The notes beneath the pieces are model-generated. The model ran no database searches, was not told the origin of the DNA, and worked only from the letters and a program-made list of their open reading frames with translations. From Spirochaetia bacterium (GTDB lineage Bacteria; Spirochaetota; Spirochaetia; CADAEX01), in contig CAXXHA010000010.1 of NCBI GenBank assembly GCA_963662265.2, positions 311,518 through 375,517 on the forward strand: 64,000 nucleotides of DNA. Direction: 5' to 3'. This document shows positions 9,848 through 20,414 of this stretch, one piece after another (the first letter of the stretch is position 1; the number at the start of each line of letters is the position of its first letter). The translations under genes and the position numbers were made by a program.

Positions 9848-10450
9848 CTATATTTTCACTTCTTTCTTTACAAGAACTTTACTGAAACCGCACCTTTGCA
9901 GCTTCATCTTTATTTTATCCAGTTTGGCTTTATCAATATCCCGGATGACAACCCTGTATATTCCGCTGCTGCTTTTTTCAAGAGCAGGTTTTATTCCGTT
10001 GTTTTTGAGGTTTTTAAGTGTATTTTCAGCATTAGCAAGACTGCTGTAGGCAGCAACCTGTATTTTATAGCTGTATTTATCAGCCTTGTCAGCGCTGCTT
10101 TCAACAATCTGAATTCTGACCCTTGCAGTTCCTGACTCAATCATCCCGATATCCTTTGCCGCAGCATATGACAGGTCAATAATCCTGTTTTTGACAAAAG
10201 GGCCGCGGTCATTAACCCGGACAACAACAGTTTTCCCGTTATCAAGATTTTTCACCTTAAGAACTGTATCAAAAGGAAGAGTCTTGTGCGCTGCAGTATA
10301 TTTATAGGTATCAAAAATTTCACCATTTGCTGTTTTCCGTCCCTGAAATTTTCCTCCGTACCAGGAAGCATATCCTGTCTGGAAGGAATCGGCACAAAGC
10401 ATAAGCGGGACTGAAAAAATAAGAGTTAAAATTATAGCTTTCTTCATCAT
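9848..10450 (-). CDS. rlpA: RlpA-family septal lytic transglycosylase (DPBB plus SPOR)
   Basis: GYASWYG..F.GRKTANGE, TAAHKTLPF, VNDRGPF, IIDLS; C-terminal YKIQVAAY SPOR domain; start placed at MMKKAII. Confidence 0.9.
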   Translation of the reverse strand: MMKKAIILTLIFSVPLMLCADSFQTGYASWYGGKFQGRKTANGEIFDTYKYTAAHKTLPFDTVLKVKNLDNGKTVVVRVNDRGPFVKNRIIDLSYAAAKDIGMIESGTARVRIQIVESSADKADKYSYKIQVAAYSSLANAENTLKNLKNNGIKPALEKSSSGIYRVVIRDIDKAKLDKIKMKLQRCGFSKVLVKKEVKI

Positions 10451-10525
10451 TAATTTATCGGAGTTAACCTTAAACAGGTAAAGAATAATTGAACAACACA
10501 CCCTGTTATATATATAATCAGATCT

Positions 10526-12127
10526 ATGAGTAACAAAACACAATCATTTCACTGGGCAGACATAAATGCTGATAAAATCATCAGAGAAAGAAAAGACTCT
10601 TTAACAGGGGATAAAAATGCCTATGTCTGCGCATCCGGAATTACCCCGTCCGGAACAATACATATCGGAAATTTCAGAGAAATAATATCGGTTGAGCTTG
10701 TAGTTCGAGCGCTTAGAGATAAAGGGGAAAATGTAAAATTCATCTATTCATGGGATGACTATGATGTCTTCAGAAAAGTACCTGCAAATATGCCTAAAAA
10801 AGAGGACCTTGAAAAATTCCTGAGGTTCCCGATTACAATGGTTCCTGATCCCTGGGAAAAGGAGAAAAGCTATGCAAGATCTCATGAAGTTGAACTTGAA
10901 TCTCTTCTCCCTCTTGTAGGTGTTAATCCAGAATATATCTACCAGGCTGACCAGTACAGTAAATCAACATATGCCGAAGGAATCAGAAAAGCTCTTGAAA
11001 AGAGAGATGAAGTAAAGGCCCTGCTTGATGAACACAGAACAAATCCACTTCCTGAAGAATGGATGCCTGTATCTGTTTTCTGTTCTTCCTGCAACAAAGA
11101 CACAACAGTAGTTGACGGCTGGGACGGCGACTGGGGAGTTGAGTACCACTGTGAGTCATGCGGTCATAAGGAAAAAGCAGATCTTAAAAAAACTTCATGT
11201 GTAAAGCTGCCGTGGAGAATAGACTGGCCCATGAGATGGAAATTCGAAAGCGTTGATTTTGAACCTGCAGGAAAAGACCATCACTCAGAGGGCGGTTCCT
11301 TCGACACAGCACGGGGAATTTCAAAACAGATCTATAATCATGAACCTCCTGTAACATTCCAGTATGACTTTCTAAGCATCAAGGGAAGAGGCGGTAAAAT
11401 ATCATCTTCAAGCGGTGAAGTTGTATCCTTGAGAGATGTTCTTGAAGTCTACCAGCCGGAAATCATCAGGTACATGTTTGCAGGGACAAGACCAAATACA
11501 GAATTTGCAATTTCTTTCGATCTCGATGTTCTCAAGATCTATGAGGACTATGACAAGTGCGAAAGAATCTACTTCGGAAAGGAAACTGTTAACGAGAAAA
11601 AGACAGCAAAGGAAAGAAGAATCTACGAACTTTCCCAGGTTGATAAAGTACCTGAAAGCTTTCCATACCAGATCCCGTTAAGACACCTGTGCAACCTTCT
11701 CCAGATTCAGGGAGGAGATATTGATGCAGTTATCTCAAGCCTCGAAGGTGTAAGTGAAGATCAGATCCCGAGACTCAGAAACAGGGCTGAATGCGCATGG
11801 AACTGGATTACAGTTTTTGCTCCCGAGGATTTCAGGTTCTCCCTTTCTGTTCCGGGAGAAAACATGGTAGAAACAGATGATCTTTCTGCAAAAGTTCTCA
11901 AGAATATTACAGCAGTAGTTGCAGATATGGACAACCTTACAGAGCAGAAACTTGCCGAAGGACTCTACAAGGCTGCGCAGGATGAGGGAATGGATCCGAA
12001 GGATATGTTCACACTCATCTACAATGTCCTTATAGGAAAGGCAAAAGGACCGCGTCTTGCAGGTTTTATAATGACAGCAGGCAAAGATAAGATTCTTCCG
12101 ATTCTGGAGAAATATAACCAGTCTTAA
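10526..12127 (+). CDS. lysS: Lysyl-tRNA synthetase, class I
   Basis: HWAD, SGITPSGTIHIGNFRE, WRIDWPMRW, FEPAGKDH, KISSS, GPRL; class I LysRS is typical of spirochaetes. Confidence 0.95.
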   Translation: MSNKTQSFHWADINADKIIRERKDSLTGDKNAYVCASGITPSGTIHIGNFREIISVELVVRALRDKGENVKFIYSWDDYDVFRKVPANMPKKEDLEKFLRFPITMVPDPWEKEKSYARSHEVELESLLPLVGVNPEYIYQADQYSKSTYAEGIRKALEKRDEVKALLDEHRTNPLPEEWMPVSVFCSSCNKDTTVVDGWDGDWGVEYHCESCGHKEKADLKKTSCVKLPWRIDWPMRWKFESVDFEPAGKDHHSEGGSFDTARGISKQIYNHEPPVTFQYDFLSIKGRGGKISSSSGEVVSLRDVLEVYQPEIIRYMFAGTRPNTEFAISFDLDVLKIYEDYDKCERIYFGKETVNEKKTAKERRIYELSQVDKVPESFPYQIPLRHLCNLLQIQGGDIDAVISSLEGVSEDQIPRLRNRAECAWNWITVFAPEDFRFSLSVPGENMVETDDLSAKVLKNITAVVADMDNLTEQKLAEGLYKAAQDEGMDPKDMFTLIYNVLIGKAKGPRLAGFIMTAGKDKILPILEKYNQS

Positions 12128-12183
12128 TTTTATAAACCCAGAAAATATTCTATTAAAAATAGACCGGCTAATTAAACCGGAGC

Positions 12184-12227
12184 GAACCCCTTTTGTTGGA
12201 CAAAAACACAATAGAAGGGGTTTTTTT
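12184..12227. terminator. Intrinsic terminator between lysS and the convergent gene
   Basis: AACCCCTT...AAGGGGTT stem followed by a T-run. Confidence 0.55.
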
Positions 12228-12265
12228 ATATTTGGGAGACAGAAACATAGAGATAATTTTGAATT

Positions 12266-12469
12266 TTACCCATCTGTTATTTTAGATTTGCTCTTCAGGC
12301 TGAAGAAAAGGGGAATCAGGAAAAAAAGACAGGCAATAAAGAAAACAATGCTGCCGGCAGTAACAAGCAGGTCATTATTCCTTACCCCGGAAATAATGAA
12401 AAATACTGAGCATATTAAAAATAGAATCCATCCGGACAGCTCAAGAAGATTCCTGGCATGGCTGTTCAT
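12266..12469 (-). CDS. Small two-helix membrane protein
   Basis: 67 aa with two hydrophobic segments, AAGGA RBS, directly downstream of era. Confidence 0.6.
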   Translation of the reverse strand: MNSHARNLLELSGWILFLICSVFFIISGVRNNDLLVTAGSIVFFIACLFFLIPLFFSLKSKSKITDG

Positions 12470-12513
12470 ACTAAATTTCCTTTTCTGAAGATATAATTAA
12501 ACATACTGGATTA

Positions 12514-13437
12514 TTATTTTATAAGCCTGTTCAGAAGAGCCCCTTTCTTTCGCCAGTTTTTATGAACCTTTACCCTCAGGTCAAGCTGAACAGTGTAGGG
12601 GAAAACAGATTTTATCTCTCTCTTTGCCGCAATCCTTATTGCCTTGATCTTTTCACCGCCCTTGCCGATGAGGATTCCCTTCTGCGATTCACTCTCTGCA
12701 ACCAGAAAAGCCCTTACCCACAGTTTTTCTGTTCCGTCCGGATTATAACCCATCTCGGCATCGGAAATCTCAACATAAACACTGTGGGGAATTTCCTCTT
12801 TTGTCCTGTTTATCGCTTTTTCCCTGATAATTTCACAGATCCTGAACTGGACATCCTGATCCGTATAATAATCGGGAGGATACATCATTTCCCCTTCCGG
12901 AGACAGTTCATATATCCTGCCTAGAAGCTTATCAACACCCTCGCCTGATTTAGCGGAAACAGAAAAAAAAGAAATTTCCCTTTCTTTTCCGGGAGGAGTA
13001 ATCCGTTTTTTTATGAAATTCTGGAGAGATTCAATAAATTCTTTCTTGTTTTTACCCCTCTCCTCAAGTACATCAATTTTATTGAAGGCTATTACAACAG
13101 GAGAACTGCTTTTTGAGAGAAATTCGAGAAGTTTGTTTTCCTCCTCGCCTATATCACGAGTGGGATCGACTACATAGAGAATTAAATCCGACTCGGAAAC
13201 TGCATCCTCAGCAACTTCCTTGAGCTGGGTATTCATCAGTTTTTCCGATAAGTGATAACCTGGTGTATCAAGAAAGACCAGCTGGCCCCTCTCGTCAGTA
13301 TATATTCCCCTGATTTTATTTCTTGTTGTCTGCGGAGTTGATGATACTATTGAAACTTTATAACCGCAGATTTTGTTCATAAGAGTCGATTTGCCGGCAG
13401 AAGGTCTGCCTGAAACTGTAATAAATGCTGATTTCAT
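12514..13437 (-). CDS. era: GTPase Era
   Basis: GRPSAGKST, PQTTR, DTPG, NKID, C-terminal KH domain with ILIGKGG. Confidence 0.95.
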   Translation of the reverse strand: MKSAFITVSGRPSAGKSTLMNKICGYKVSIVSSTPQTTRNKIRGIYTDERGQLVFLDTPGYHLSEKLMNTQLKEVAEDAVSESDLILYVVDPTRDIGEEENKLLEFLSKSSSPVVIAFNKIDVLEERGKNKKEFIESLQNFIKKRITPPGKEREISFFSVSAKSGEGVDKLLGRIYELSPEGEMMYPPDYYTDQDVQFRICEIIREKAINRTKEEIPHSVYVEISDAEMGYNPDGTEKLWVRAFLVAESESQKGILIGKGGEKIKAIRIAAKREIKSVFPYTVQLDLRVKVHKNWRKKGALLNRLIK

Positions 13438-13604
13438 AATCAGTTAATAACCTATTTATATTATTAAATCAATGCGGAAACCGGAAGCATGACAATTTAA
13501 TCATAAACAAAAACTGTCTTATCATGCGTCAAAGCCACTGGCATTATCAGGAAGACTGACAAGGCGGGGGAAAACCTGCGCCGACCAGCCGGCAGCGCTC
13601 TGCC

Positions 13605-13729
13605 GGGTATGCAGAAGATTTTTCCCTCCACACAGGTGCGCCCAGCAGGGTATGCCGAGGTTTTTCTTCTCCACGCAGGTGCGCCCAGCAGGGTATGCCG
13701 AGGTTTTTCTTCTCCACGCAGGTGCGCCC
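13605..13729. repeat. Tandem repeat of about three 43-bp GC-rich units
   Basis: GGGTATGCCGAGGTTTTTCTTCTCCACGCAGGTGCGCCCAGCA at 13648-13690; identical over 39 bp at 13691-13729; degenerate copy at 13605-13647. Confidence 0.9.
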
Positions 13730-13738
13730 CGGGCGCAC

Positions 13739-13768
13739 AAAAAAAAGCCGGCATGATTACCGGCTTTT
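13739..13768 (-). terminator. Intrinsic terminator (possibly bidirectional)
   Basis: AAAAGCCGG-loop-CCGGCTTTT with T8 on the minus strand. Confidence 0.7.
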
Positions 13769-13960
13769 AGAAAGCTGCCAGAATAAAAGCTGGACAACTT
13801 TACACTGTCTTAAAAGCTATGTTTCAACACAGCTTAGCAAAAACAATTTATCAACTTTTATCCCGGTTTAACCGGGGTATCCTGTCTGGCGGTGCCATAT
13901 TTCCTTTCTCCAACAACTATTTAGATTTAGGATTAAGTTCATAAAACTTATCTATATTAA

Positions 13961-13989
13961 AATTTAAGAAATATATATTTGTTTGTCAA
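13961..13989 (-). promoter_or_regulatory. Sigma70-like promoter with no long ORF before the terminator
   Basis: TTGACA-17 bp-TAAATT. Confidence 0.5.
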
Positions 13990-14303
13990 ATTTTTGTTAA
14001 TTATTTTTAGTTATCCATTAGATAAACCGGATTTATGATCTGTCTGATGATATTTTTAAACAATCTTAAAATATTCAATAAAAAAACGGAAAAACCTGTT
14101 CTGTATCTGTTTACAGGAAATACCGGGGAAAACAGCAGGCCAACAACATCTGTATAAAAGAAAATCTGCCTCCTCTTTAAATAAATACTGATGAATTATT
14201 AAATTATTTTCCTATAGAGCAAAAAAACATAGTCATTGATTCTTCGATAAGTTATATTTATTGACAAGAGATAAAACACATGATAAACACCAGAAAAGGA
14301 AAA

Positions 14304-14900
14304 ATGACTATGGAAAGAGAAATATTTTTTGAAGAAGAAAAAAAAGAGGAAGAGGAAAAAAAACCAAACCCATTTGAAATCCTGCTGAAAACACGAACTA
14401 TCCTTCTTTCAGGTGAAGTTAATAAAAAACTCGCGGAAAAAGTGATTTCTCAGCTGCTTATGCTTGAGGCAGAAAGCGATGAACCTATAAAAGTTATGAT
14501 TGATTCTCCCGGCGGTGATGTTGATGCCGGTTATGCCATATTTGACATGATCAGGTTTATAAAACCTGATGTATATACTATAGGAATGGGACTTGTTGCA
14601 AGTGCGGGAGCTCTTATACTCCTGGCTTCCCCGAAGGAAAGAAGACTTGCCCTTCCGAACTCACACTACCTTATCCACCAGCCCTTAAGCGGCATCAGGG
14701 GTGTTGCTACAGAAATTGAAATCCATGCAAAGGAAATTGAAAAAGCAAGAAAAAAGATAAACCAGCTTATTTCAGATGAAACAGGAAAATCACTGAAGCA
14801 GGTTGAAAAAGATACAGACAGGGATTACTGGCTTAATGCAGAGGAAGCCCTTGATTACGGTCTTGTCTCAAGAATTATTTCCAGAAGGGAGGAGCTTTAA
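14304..14900 (+). CDS. clpP: ATP-dependent Clp protease proteolytic subunit
   Basis: IDSPGG, catalytic ASAG, IHQP, DTDRDYWL..EEALDYGLV. Confidence 0.95.
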   Translation: MTMEREIFFEEEKKEEEEKKPNPFEILLKTRTILLSGEVNKKLAEKVISQLLMLEAESDEPIKVMIDSPGGDVDAGYAIFDMIRFIKPDVYTIGMGLVASAGALILLASPKERRLALPNSHYLIHQPLSGIRGVATEIEIHAKEIEKARKKINQLISDETGKSLKQVEKDTDRDYWLNAEEALDYGLVSRIISRREEL

Positions 14901-14903
14901 AAA

Positions 14904-15863
14904 ATGACTGATGGACTTATCAGGGAAAACCTTGATAAAACATTTTACGGGATTGAGGAAAAGGATGTTCCAGCGGGAACAAAGCTGTTTAAGGGAAAAG
15001 TAAGAGATACAATAGATCTCGGAGAGGAACTGCTGATCATTACATCCGACAGGATTTCAGCGTTCGACAGAATTCTTTCAACAATCCCTTTTAAAGGCGA
15101 AGTTCTCAACAAAATGGCGCTTTACTGGTTCGATAAAACCAAAGATATAATTAAAAACCATATATCAAAGGTTGTTTCAGCAAGAACAATACTTGTAAAG
15201 AAATGCGAAGTACTTCCTGTTGAAGTAATTGTAAGAGGATACCTTACAGGCTCTGCATGGAGAGATTATTCAGCAGGCAGGGATGTTTCAGGAATCAAGC
15301 TTCCGGAAGGAATGAAGTTCAATCAGAAATTTGAAACACCTCTTCTCACACCTTCAACAAAGGCTGAATTCGGAGAACATGATCAGCCGATTTCTTCTGA
15401 AGAAATTGTCAGCACAGGACTTGTTGATGAGAAAATCTGGAAACAGGTTGAAGAAGCAGCTTTTGCTCTCTTCAAGAGAGGGACAGAACTTGCAGCGAAG
15501 CAGGGACTCATACTTGTAGACACAAAATATGAATTCGGCCTCCTTAACGGAGAACTTGTTCTTGTTGATGAAGTGCATACTCCTGATTCCAGCCGTTTCT
15601 GGTACGCGTCATCCTATGAAGAACTCTACAATTCAGGAAAAGACCAGAAACAGCTTGATAAGGAATTTTTCAGACAGTGGCTTATTGAAAGAGGTTACAT
15701 GGGAGACGGCGAATGCCCCGAAATAACCGATGATGTAAGAACTGAAATTGCAAAAAGATATATTGATTCATATGAAAATATAAGCGGGGAAAACCTGGCA
15801 GCAGAATCTTTTGATTCTGAAGCGGAAAAGAAAGAAATCCAGTCTTATTTAATACAGGACTGA
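14904..15863 (+). CDS. purC: SAICAR synthetase
   Basis: GKVRD, SDRISAFD, VEVIVRGYLTGS, LVDTKYEFG, DEVHTPDSSR. Confidence 0.95.
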   Translation: MTDGLIRENLDKTFYGIEEKDVPAGTKLFKGKVRDTIDLGEELLIITSDRISAFDRILSTIPFKGEVLNKMALYWFDKTKDIIKNHISKVVSARTILVKKCEVLPVEVIVRGYLTGSAWRDYSAGRDVSGIKLPEGMKFNQKFETPLLTPSTKAEFGEHDQPISSEEIVSTGLVDEKIWKQVEEAAFALFKRGTELAAKQGLILVDTKYEFGLLNGELVLVDEVHTPDSSRFWYASSYEELYNSGKDQKQLDKEFFRQWLIERGYMGDGECPEITDDVRTEIAKRYIDSYENISGENLAAESFDSEAEKKEIQSYLIQD

Positions 15864-16042
15864 AATCTTTCAATCAGCTGATAACAGAAAGCACATGCCT
15901 GTAACAGCATGAAACAGCTGCCCGGGGACAATTGCCCGGCAGAGCACAGTACCCAGAGGGCATAATAATACCCGGCAGGGCACAAGTACCCACAAGGGTG
16001 GAAAGATTTCATATCCGGATCTTCATAAACAGGAGAAAAGGT

Positions 16043-17089
16043 ATGATTAAAAATCTTTCTGCTTTTTTTTTACTCTCCGTTTCTGTCCTTCTCACAGCAT
16101 CAAGATGTATCTGCTTCCCGGAGGAGGATGTACCGGAGGAAATAACAATAATTTCCTGGAATGTATGCAACCTTTTCGACAGCACAGACAATGGAACAGA
16201 ATACCCGGAATATGACCCATCCGGGGATGAATGGAACAGGGAACTCTACCTGCAGAGGCTCAACAACACGGCATCTGTCATAAACTCAATTGATAACAGG
16301 GATATTATCCTCCTTCAGGAAATAGAAAATATAAAAGTGATAGAGGATCTTTCCGGGGGAATACTTAAAAAAGACAGACTGAAATATACAGCAGCAGCCG
16401 AAAAGGGAGAATCTGCTGTAACAACAGGTATACTAAGCCGCTTCCCAGTCAGCAGGATAAAAAACCACGCACTGGAAACTCCCGGAAGCCTGTTCCTGCG
16501 ACCTGTTTTCGAGGCAGTTGTAGAAATTGGGAATAACAATCTCTACATATTCAACAACCACTGGAAATCAAAACTTGGCGGAGCTGAAAACACAGAAAAA
16601 GAGAGAATACTGGCAGCTTCTGTAATAACAAGAAGAATATCTGAAATTCTTCTCTCGGAACCGGATGCAGATATAGTAATAGCCGGGGATTTGAATGAGA
16701 ATATAAATGAATATGTGCTGGCAGAAAGATCTTATCTGACAGCGATTTTCCCTGAAACAGAGTTTTTTTCAGCATTACCGGAGGATTTACTGTTCTATAC
16801 ACCGGATCCATCTAAAGCCGGAAGAAATGGAAACAGGCAGGTGTTTTTTACTGTCTGGAACAACCAGGAAACAGGAAGTTTCTTCTACAGGAACAGCTGG
16901 GAAACAATTGACCATTTTTTCATGAACAGTAATTTATTTGACAGATCTGGATTCAGCTATCACTCTTTCAGAATCCATTCAGAGCCTTTTTTTACTGATG
17001 ATTCAATACCGGTGAAGTGGGAAAACTACAGGCAGTCCGGCTATTCAGACCATCTACCGGCAGAATTGAAGCTGACACTGGCAAAATAA
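16043..17089 (+). CDS. Exported endonuclease/exonuclease/phosphatase (EEP) family protein
   Basis: AGGAG RBS, signal-like N-terminus, SWNV.NLFD, LQEIEN, NHWKS, GDLNE, IDH, SDHLP. Confidence 0.85.
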   Translation: MIKNLSAFFLLSVSVLLTASRCICFPEEDVPEEITIISWNVCNLFDSTDNGTEYPEYDPSGDEWNRELYLQRLNNTASVINSIDNRDIILLQEIENIKVIEDLSGGILKKDRLKYTAAAEKGESAVTTGILSRFPVSRIKNHALETPGSLFLRPVFEAVVEIGNNNLYIFNNHWKSKLGGAENTEKERILAASVITRRISEILLSEPDADIVIAGDLNENINEYVLAERSYLTAIFPETEFFSALPEDLLFYTPDPSKAGRNGNRQVFFTVWNNQETGSFFYRNSWETIDHFFMNSNLFDRSGFSYHSFRIHSEPFFTDDSIPVKWENYRQSGYSDHLPAELKLTLAK

Positions 17090-17116
17090 AAGCAAGAACT
17101 CTTCATAATTATGTGT

Positions 17117-17797
17117 TCAGCCGTGGAATAAAAGCGTTTTAAGGTCCTCAACTTTTTCAAGGTAATGATCACAGTTTTCAGACATGAATTCCCTGATCTC
17201 CCGTATATCATATCCCCAGCCTGCAGCAGCAATATCAACTCCGGCCCTCTTTCCCATTACAACACCAGGCTTCAGGTCATCAAGAATAACTGCATCACTT
17301 TTATTCAGAGAAAACATGGACAGCCCCTCATTTACCGGATAAGGGTCCGGCTTTCTCTTTGACTCGTCATATGTCCACCCGAATATCAGGTCCGGTTCAA
17401 AATCAAGACCTGTAACTCTTTTGTTTTCAATATAATCTCTTTTTATCAGGTCTACTTCAGAATGGGAGACAACAACAACCCGGCCGCCGAGTTTTTTATA
17501 CTCAATCAGAATTTCAATCAGTCCGGGAAAGAATTTGGGAATAATACTTTCTGTATACTTTCTCCAGATTTTATATTCCATCTCAATTTCACCCTGATCC
17601 ATCCCGAGCTCACCTTTAAGGTATTCCATTATTCCGGGATCAAAATTCTTGAGAAACCACTGTTCCAGTGTCGGGACAGGGAAATCAGGTCTCATTTTTT
17701 CCATTATTTCCAGGTGTGCCTGAAAGTGTATTTCGGGAGTGCTGTTGACCGATGTATCATCATGGTCGAGAAACAAACATTTATATTTTAAAGCCAT
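17117..17797 (-). CDS. HAD-family hydrolase
   Basis: LFLDHDDT motif I, VVSHS, KPDP, LDDLKPG. Confidence 0.85.
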   Translation of the reverse strand: MALKYKCLFLDHDDTSVNSTPEIHFQAHLEIMEKMRPDFPVPTLEQWFLKNFDPGIMEYLKGELGMDQGEIEMEYKIWRKYTESIIPKFFPGLIEILIEYKKLGGRVVVVSHSEVDLIKRDYIENKRVTGLDFEPDLIFGWTYDESKRKPDPYPVNEGLSMFSLNKSDAVILDDLKPGVVMGKRAGVDIAAAGWGYDIREIREFMSENCDHYLEKVEDLKTLLFHG

Positions 17798-17986
17798 ATC
17801 TGATAATCTAAAATAATTACTCCGCAAAATCAATGCATGTTCACATTACTGGTTTTTCTGACGATATTTTATTATAATGGTTATAAATATACATTCATCA
17901 GAATGAATATTCCTGATATCATTTAAATCGGTTAATGTTATAAATTTTTATAATAGATAAAAGCTGTTTTTATCAATAAAATTTGA

Positions 17987-18015
17987 TTGATAACAGAGTC
18001 TTTATAGCTTATAAT
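17987..18015 (+). promoter_or_regulatory. Sigma70 promoter of the MCP gene
   Basis: TTGATA-17 bp-TATAAT upstream of the AAGGAAGG RBS. Confidence 0.6.
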
Positions 18016-18045
18016 TTTTGCACTCAATAAAGGAAGGAAATATTT

Positions 18046-20241
18046 ATGAAAATCAAAAACAAACTGGTTATCAGTTTTATTCTGGCAGCATTTGTACCTC
18101 TGCTTGTTCTGGGAGCTGCATCATCAATAAGAATATTGATGATTGAAGATGAAGCAGCTTATGAAAATTATCTCAAAGTCTTAAATATTTCAGAAAGTAA
18201 AATCAACAGCTACTTTGACTCTATTGCAGAAAATACAGACTTAATCACATCGATGGATCTTATCAAATCCACAGATGAAACAATAACAACCTATTATCAG
18301 AATACGGAAAAAACTCCTATGACACCTCTTGAAAACGGGGGAATTGAAGCGGAGCTTTTCAAATTCTTCAAGCTGACTGTAGACAGCCACCCGTCATATT
18401 CATATGCATATGTCGGACATAAAAGCGGCGGTTTTGTAATGTACCCCACTTCTGACAGAAAACCGGGATATAATCCTCCGGATAGAGGCTGGTACAAGGC
18501 AGCCCTCAAAACACCGGACAAGACTGTTATTGCAGATGTATACCAGACTTCAGACGGAAAATCCATTGTAATCAGCCCTGTAAAAACAGTCAGAGATAAT
18601 GAGGGAAACATAGTAGGTGTATTCGGGTTTGACATAACACTGGACAGTATAACAGAAACAATTAAAGATATAGCAATCGGGAAAACAGGACATGTAATAC
18701 TTGTCGATGACATGGGCCAGATTCTTTCAGACCCGAAAAATCCCGAGCTTAACTTCACAAAGCTTGAAGAAGCTGAAAACGGATATGCAGAACTTCTTGG
18801 AAAAGAACCGGGATTATATGAAATCAAGGTCAATGGCAAAAATCATTTTGCCTATGTAACAAAAAACGAAGAATATTCATTCGCGAACCTTATTGCCCTT
18901 ATTCCGAAACATGAAGTATATCAGGAAGTCGATGCCCAGATATTCTTTACTGCAATTACAGCAATAATTCTCCTCACTGTTTTCGGCTTTGTTGGCTATA
19001 TTCTCTCCAAGACAATCACAAGGCCAATTGCAAAGGTCGGCCACCTTCTCAAGGAAATAGCAGAAGGGGACGGGGATTTGACACAGAGACTCGATATAAA
19101 GACAAATGATGAAATTGCAGATGTATCAAAAAATTTCAACCTTTTCTCAACAAACCTGAACTCACTTATTTCAAACATAAAAAATTCTTCTGAAAGCCTT
19201 GCAACAACCGGCGATGTTCTCCAGTCAAACATGGAAAGCACTGCGGCAGCTGTAAATGAAATTTCAGCAAACATTAACTCTTCAACAAGACTTTTTGACA
19301 ACCAGGAGGCAAGTGTTACAGAAACCGCTTCAGCTGTTGAACAGATTTCACGGGCAATGGAATCGCTCAACAAGATGATTGAAGACCAGTCTGCAAGTGT
19401 CACAGAATCATCAGCTTCAATCGAACAGATGGTTGCTAATATAAATAATGTAAACAAGGTGTTCTCTGTACTTGGCGACAACTACAAGCAGCTTGTTGAA
19501 ACTTCAAATGAAGGTAAGAAGAAACTCAATATTGTAAATACACAGGTAAATGAAATATCAGTTCAGTCTGCCAACCTTATGGAGACAAACCATGTGATAA
19601 GCGGAATTGCCGCACAGACAAACCTTCTCTCAATGAATGCAGCTATAGAGGCAGCCCATGCGGGTGAAGCAGGAAAGGGATTTGCAGTAGTAGCAGACGA
19701 AATCAGGAAGCTTGCAGAAAACTCAGCATCACAGTCAAAGGAAATTGCTCAGAAGCTCGGATCTGTCAAAGAGGTAATTGATTCAATTGTTGATTCCTCA
19801 CAGAGAGCTGAAGAGACATTCGACCTGATCATGGATGTAGTATCAAACATCGACAACCTCAGGTATGAAGTTGAAAATTCAATGGCAGAACAGATTGAGG
19901 GCTCAAAACAGATTCTTGAAGCAATATCAAACATCAACTCAATCACCGATGCTGTAAGAAACGGATCTCTTGAAATGAACAACGGGGTAATACAGATAAC
20001 CGGGGAACTTGACAAATTCAAGAGAACAAATGCCGAAGTATTCAACAGCTACAGGGAAATAACAAATGGATCAAATGATATAAACAAATCTATAAATGAT
20101 GTTAAACATATTGCAGATTCAACAAACCAGGTTATTACAGAAATTAAGAGGGAACTTTCCAGGTTTAAACTCGACAGTTCCGCAACCGGAGTAAATGTAA
20201 AATCTGTGGAAAACATCAGAGATATGGAATCCGCAGAATAA
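18046..20241 (+). CDS. Methyl-accepting chemotaxis protein (dCache sensor, HAMP, MCP signalling domain)
   Basis: Two TM helices, RGWYK dCache motif, [48 protein letters not shown]. Confidence 0.95.
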   Translation: MKIKNKLVISFILAAFVPLLVLGAASSIRILMIEDEAAYENYLKVLNISESKINSYFDSIAENTDLITSMDLIKSTDETITTYYQNTEKTPMTPLENGGIEAELFKFFKLTVDSHPSYSYAYVGHKSGGFVMYPTSDRKPGYNPPDRGWYKAALKTPDKTVIADVYQTSDGKSIVISPVKTVRDNEGNIVGVFGFDITLDSITETIKDIAIGKTGHVILVDDMGQILSDPKNPELNFTKLEEAENGYAELLGKEPGLYEIKVNGKNHFAYVTKNEEYSFANLIALIPKHEVYQEVDAQIFFTAITAIILLTVFGFVGYILSKTITRPIAKVGHLLKEIAEGDGDLTQRLDIKTNDEIADVSKNFNLFSTNLNSLISNIKNSSESLATTGDVLQSNMESTAAAVNEISANINSSTRLFDNQEASVTETASAVEQISRAMESLNKMIEDQSASVTESSASIEQMVANINNVNKVFSVLGDNYKQLVETSNEGKKKLNIVNTQVNEISVQSANLMETNHVISGIAAQTNLLSMNAAIEAAHAGEAGKGFAVVADEIRKLAENSASQSKEIAQKLGSVKEVIDSIVDSSQRAEETFDLIMDVVSNIDNLRYEVENSMAEQIEGSKQILEAISNINSITDAVRNGSLEMNNGVIQITGELDKFKRTNAEVFNSYREITNGSNDINKSINDVKHIADSTNQVITEIKRELSRFKLDSSATGVNVKSVENIRDMESAE

Positions 20242-20314
20242 TAATAAAAGGAAAAACAACGCGGTTGTTTCTGAAAAATATTTCATAAGAAACAGCCGCA
20301 GTAAAACAGATAAT

Positions 20315-20381
20315 AAAAGACCGGTCAGGTTTGAACATTCAGCTTTATTCAAGCAGGTTCATCTGGCCGGTCTTCTTTTTT
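20315..20381 (+). terminator. Intrinsic terminator after the MCP gene
   Basis: AAGACCGGTCAG...CTGGCCGGTCTT stem followed by a T-rich tract. Confidence 0.55.
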
Positions 20382-20414
20382 ATATGAAAACTCAATCAAC
20401 AACCACCAGAGTAA

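Noticed and set aside
13605-13729. 43-bp repeats as a CRISPR array
   Set aside because: Units are contiguous with no unique spacers, and there are no cas genes in the window.
13497-13797. Three overlapping minus-strand ORFs over the tandem repeat
   Set aside because: They are by-products of a GC-rich repeat open in all frames and show no recognisable domain.
15935-15999. Two degenerate ~27-bp direct repeats (CCCGGCAG.GCACA.GTACCCA) upstream of the EEP gene
   Set aside because: Only two imperfect copies with no function evident; the N-terminal ORF extension over them is unlikely given the AGGAG RBS before 16043.
18297-20045. Long antisense ORFs within the MCP gene (and similar shadow ORFs elsewhere)
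   Set aside because: They are opposite-strand shadows of well-supported genes with no independent motifs.
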